From Raillietiella orientalis (lineage: Eukaryota): a DNA stretch of 64,000 bases. Numbering within the stretch: the stretch's first letter is position 1; each line of letters starts with the position of its first letter. This document shows, in pieces, positions 59,152 through 64,000 of this stretch. The position numbers and the translations under genes were made by a program. Below the pieces are notes generated by a model. The model saw only the letters and a list, made by a program, of their open reading frames with translations, did not search any database and was not told the DNA's origin. The stretch lies in contig JAYWIR010000033.1 of assembly GCA_036172245.1 (NCBI GenBank), positions 372,001-436,000 on the forward strand, read 5' to 3'.

Positions 59152-60503
59152 CAGACGTGTTTCCGCGTCTTTCCGCGCCAACGATCGGGCAACTTTGTGC
59201 CTGCGTTTTTGCTCGCACTTGTGTGTTCCTGTGCAATCTGCCAAGTAGCATAGTGCAACATGGCCAGTACACAGGATAGTGTGGAGTAGCAAGCCACTGG
59301 ATGCACTTCAGCTGCACTTGAAGTGGCCGCATCCTCCGTAATGGTTTCCTCGCCCCCGGTGAGGAGTTACGCCGTCGTTACCTCCCAAAGACCAGGACCC
59401 TGCGATGCGGAGTTCCAGGCATATGTGTCATCAGGATGCATGCCTGCACTCCGTTATAAGGTCAGTGGGCCACTTAACGGGAGAATCGGTCGTGAGCTCA
59501 ATGATGAGCTCGTCCGGATAGGCGTTCGCGAGGAGGAACTCCTTGCCATAATGCCTGCTGGCAGCATGGAATATACGAAGATTCGGTGCAAGAACGCAGC
59601 ACTTGTGCAGCGCCTTCTCCGTACGCCGTTGACCATCAATGGCAAGGAAGTCCTACCTACCGCGATGGACGACTCTTTTGTCGTTCAATTGTGCGACATC
59701 GAACCGAAAATCTCCGACCGCGATGTTGTCAGCGTGCTGGCGAAGTTCGGCAAAGTGCACGCCCTGTGGAGAAATCAGAACGCTTTGTAGGATTTCTCCT
59801 CTGTCCACATCGGACAAGCTACCGCGCGGATCACCGTCGCAAACAGGCGTGTTGTGCCTGAGCAGCTGCAGGTGAACGGCACGGTCGTTCACCTGTGGTT
59901 CATAGGCTAGACTCGCGCGTGCGAGCAGTGCGGCAAGGATGGGCACCGAATCAAAGGGTGCCCCTCTCCAAGATGCAGCTATTGCAAAGATTCCGGGCAC
60001 GAAATCAAAAAGTGCCCGGTGATTGCAAGAAAAAGATCCGCAGCGGAAATTCGTCGGGTTCAAGAGACCACTGCACGAAAAGCCGCAGCGGCAAATAAAA
60101 AAAGTCCTCCGCGAAAACTCGGAAAAAACAACGAGCGTTCCGCGGATGAAAAGAAAGCATCCCCTCCCAAAAAGACCCGAAAGTGGAAAGTCACGGCGGG
60201 AAACCAATTAAGAAGATGCGCAAGGGTTTGACGCGTGCCGTGCCCTTCCTCGCTGCCGAACTCGCAGGCACCTCTTCGAGTCAGGTACCAGGAAATCTCC
60301 GTAAGAGCCTGAAGAGGAATGTAGCAAAACAGGAAGATCGCAACAGTGCGAAGACTTCTTGCTCCGTTCCGTTGTCCTTTCCGAGTTCCGGACAGCCCCA
60401 CTGCAGCGCACGCCTCTCTGCAAAGGCTACCAATGCCGTAAAAAGCATCGTCGAGACGAGCAAAAGCACGCTGCATGCACTCGCCTCACCGCCGACTCGG
60501 CAG
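59152..60503 (+). mobile_element. Family W element W5, 5' part (ORF1); same subfamily as W3
   Basis: AGACGTGTTT start. ORF 59323-59790 matches 35054-35569. CEQC..GH..C and CSYC..GH..C knuckles near 59920-60015. Confidence 0.86.
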
Positions 60504-63500
60504 TTTTCCCCAAGTCCCAAAAGGGGAGGGGTAAATTTATTTTTCGAAAATTTAACTAGAAATGCATTCACACTACAGTCTCATTCATACCATTTGCACT
60601 GTCTTTACCACACGAAAGTCGATGAGTTCACAAGTTCTGCACTCATGGTGGGTTACCTGCTGTTCGGTCCCGGGCGTCGTCTTCTATCCTCTTCAGGATG
60701 AATCGAGACGTCCAGGCTTGGATTTTCTCACAGTTTCTAATGCCGATTTCCCTCTTCAGGAGCCCTTGTAGGATCTCCATCGGTGGTGCGGCTCTTCTGG
60801 CTTTCACTTATTTTCTTCCATTGCACAAGTATCGCGGTGATGAAGAGGGTGATGGTCATTCTCACCATGGGATTGTAACAGGGCAAATTACCATCCCCAT
60901 GAAACATCCCGGCAAGGATCTCCATTACGGACCTGGTGTTGAGTCCGATGATTCTTTTCAGAATCAGCCTGTAATGCAACAATGTGGCACACGTCAAGAC
61001 GTGAAGTCTGGTGTCGTTGTCTCCACATGCCGTGCAGTCTCGATCTTCATGTCTTCCCGTATAGTACTGCAATCGGGACCCACTCTGGATTCCTCCATGA
61101 TAAAACATCAGGAGGTCATCCTGGGTGCCCGGCGGAAGGTCATTTCTCCAGAGCATCGTGCCGATCGCTAGCAGGTTGATGCGGTCTCTTCCGAAGCAAA
61201 CGGCGGCTTCCTGGAGGGCACTCATTTCACATTCGTCTTCCCGAATTAATCTTCGGAGGTTTGTTTTGTATACCCTGGTCCACGCGAAGTCGTTGTGGTT
61301 GATCCACACATCGCGGGTCATGTAGATAAACCTTCCTAACATGATATCTATATACCTAAGTATACGAGTGTGATGTATGTACCCTCCTTGTTTCCACTAC
61401 TGGATTCATTGTACGGTAACTCTGGACCGTTGGTGGATCCAGCTCCTCGTGTCCGGCGGCACAGGAAGCATCCAAACGATCACCAAAATGGACTCGTACT
61501 GCCACAGTTCATTACTTCTCGGCACCAACTCGATTTTGTGCTTTCGCACCAGATGTTGCCTCCTCGTCCAGGTTGGGTCGAGTTTTTTCCATTCGCCTGC
61601 TTGGCCTAGCAGCGCAGTCATCAGGCCTTTCGTGTTGTTCAACAACAACGCGTAGGCCTTGTGCGCCGCATATCGCCAGTCATACCAGTGCGTGGCAATG
61701 TCCAGGATGTGTCGCGTATCCATGATTTCTATGGAGTTTGCAAGCGACTTCATCCCGGAACCGCCTTCTTCCCTGGGACGACACAGGGGTTTTAGTCGAA
61801 CTCTTGGGCGATAGTGGCCTCACAGTATTTTTCTCTGCAGCTTGTCGAACTCCCTCGTGGTGTCCTTGTTCATCCTCTCGAAGGCCGCCCCGAAGAGCAC
61901 TTTTGAAAGGGGTACTCCGTTCCACATGTTGGCCTTTCGCTTCATTCAAAGGTCCTTTCGGGTGTACTTGGTTGCTTTCTTGGCCGTTTTCCCTTGGATC
62001 TCGGTCAACAGTAGCTTCGACGCAGAGAGGACGCCAATGTAACACCCAGGTACTTGGCCTTGTTTACCGTTCGGAATCCTCTCCCCGCTAGAGCAAAGAG
62101 ATCGAGGATTCCAACGAGCAAGAGCTGACTTTTCTAGGCGTTGATATTTAGACCCAGGCCTTGATCCATCAGGTCCACCACATCCAGAAACGCTCGTTGG
62201 TTTCTCTCTCCCTTGATAAGGAAGAGTGGATCATCAGCGTTTGCCAGATAAGTAGGACGCTGGCCATCGATTATCATGCCTTGCAATCGTCCGCACTTCT
62301 ATATAAAGGACGACAACGTCTCCATATAGATAACGAACAGCATCGGACTTAGCGAATCGCCCTGTCGGACTCCTCGTTCCATCCTGATTGCTGCCGTCTT
62401 CTGGCCGTTGATCTTGATCCGGCAGTACTGGTTCTGGAGTACCGCCCTCACGAATTTGCTGAAGTGTTCCGGAAGCCCTAGCTTCTCCAGAACCTTCAGC
62501 AGCATCCCGTGGTCGATGGAGTCGAAGGCCTTCTCCATGTCAGTGAACACCAGCACCAGGTTCTCGCCGACGTATCCACTGAGTCCAACAGTGGCCTGGG
62601 CACACTTGACATTGTCCGACATGTGTCGTCCTGGGACTGCAAATGTCTGGAACGGAGAGATCAGCCTCGACATGACCTTGCCTAAGCGGTTGGACCAGAT
62701 CTTCCCCAACCACTTGGCATCGGAGTTTAGAATCGAGATTGGCCTCCATTGGGCGATCTCGGTAGAGTCGCCTCCTTTCGGCAGCAATCTCATCCGACTC
62801 TCGTAGAAGGACTGAGGTAGTCTGCCTTCTTCCCGGATGCAGAGGGTCAACTGGTGGAACAAGCGCAGGTAGGCGTGCAGGTACCGCTGATAGTGCGTGA
62901 TGGGTACACTGTCAGGGCCTGCTGCCACGTCCTTGCGAAGTTGCCCAAACGCAGTCTTCACCTCTTCTTCGGAGAACTCCTCCTCCAGTCTGTTCCGCTG
63001 GAGGTCGTCGGTCCTCTTCTCGAGATAGCTCAAGAAGGCCTGTTGACTAGAGCGACACAGCTGTTGTCGCCTGAAGTGTTTCGTGTAATGCCTGTGAAAG
63101 GCATCCACGATGTCCTCAGACGACTGTCGCTTTCGGCCGTCGTACTGGATGCAGAAGATATCTGTTGCCAGATTTCTCTTCTCCAGCACGCCGACTTCCC
63201 CTTTTATGTTATTGAGGACGTACCCACTCTCGTACTGATCGAAGTACTTTGAGAGGGAGCGATCTCGGATGTTCAGCTCCCGGTACGCCTCTTGCCTCGA
63301 GCGCCTATCCCCGAACTGCATGTTCGCAAACAGGTGTATCCTTTGTTTCAGGCTGTCTCAGTCGGCGACTCTTCGGATTGTTGTTGCCTTCAGAATCGTC
63401 TCCAGGACAGCCTGATTTCCGGGATGGGTTTCGAACCAGGCAGGCATGCTGATGAGCGCCGCCCTGGTGCCTTGCCTTCGCCGAGGATTGTCCGTTCTTA

Positions 63501-64000
63501 GGGAAAACCGCACCAGGGGGTGATCGGACACCGTGGTCATAATGTCTCGAAAACCCTGGATTCGATTCCTAAGTTCGGTGCTGTGCAGGACGTGATCGAT
63601 CGGCTTGTGACTTGCAGTTCGACACACCAGTCCGAACTCGTCGGATAACCGCCGATACGCCGTCCTTCCTCTGGCGTCTTCGGAGTGAGTGATCTCATCC
63701 AATATGTTGAGATCGCCAGCAACAATCACGACGTCCTTGGAAGCAACCTTTTCACGGAGTGCTGCATGCAGCGCCTCCGTACAACGATGTTTTAGCCTGT
63801 GCGGTCCGTACACGTTCACCAGGATGAGGTGAACAGTAGCGGACCAGGCGAGTCGCACGCCGATGATTCGTCCGGGTTGGGGTCAGAACACTTTCAGAAT
63901 AGTGGGGGCCAAGTTGTTCTTTATTAGGACCGCCACTCTCTGCGTGTTCCGTTCTCCCTCGCTGACGAAAATCTGCCCGTTGAATCGCCGTTCCATTTGC
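60504..64000 (-). mobile_element. Distant L1/Tx1-like family D, degenerate ORF2 and 3' end; runs off the window
   Basis: EN 63358-63858 (NVYGP, AGDLN, IDH, SDH), RT 62299-63321 (WRPIS, DMEKAFD, RQGDSLSP), finger CTAC..HVLTC in 60737-61342, AATAAA near 60537-60542. Confidence 0.88.

Noticed and set aside
1..64000. tRNA, snRNA, rRNA or microsatellite targets typical of Tx1-group elements
   Set aside because: All flanks I could read translate as LINE ORF1 or ORF2. I recognised no RNA gene or simple repeat, though a covariance-model scan was not possible.

Overview
The whole 64 kb is a eukaryotic array of APE-type (L1/Tx1-like) non-LTR retrotransposons nested inside one another. I see no host gene, RNA gene or unique spacer DNA. 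I resolve about 29 segments from four related families, labelled here by their ORF1 motif: A (GYNPLxFYKVG), W (GYxPALxY), X (GYNPALLYKVG) and Y (GYKPSLVY). A fifth, more distant family D lies at the right end. Elements have the layout 5'-GGACGTG(T)n, ORF1 (RRM-like region plus two CCHC knuckles), ORF2 (APE endonuclease, RT, C-terminal Cys/His finger), a pyrimidine-rich 3' UTR, then AATAAA plus a terminal CCCGG..CCGGG hairpin with no real poly(A) tail. Almost all ORFs are degenerate. The main signal is ordered nesting. About 15 of 17 guest/host junctions are antisense, and families return to the same nucleotide of a sister family: three Y 3' junctions fall exactly one base after the GFG codons of the EN-RT linker, in two different host families. 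This suggests a mutually targeting retrotransposon community, reminiscent of Zepp-type clusters. Other notable points are a shortened endonuclease, overlapping stop-start ORF junctions with non-AUG variants, a twin-primed inversion, a snap-back junction and composite duplications. Segment boundaries were read by eye and may be off by a few to about 20 nt. The organism cannot be identified from this window.
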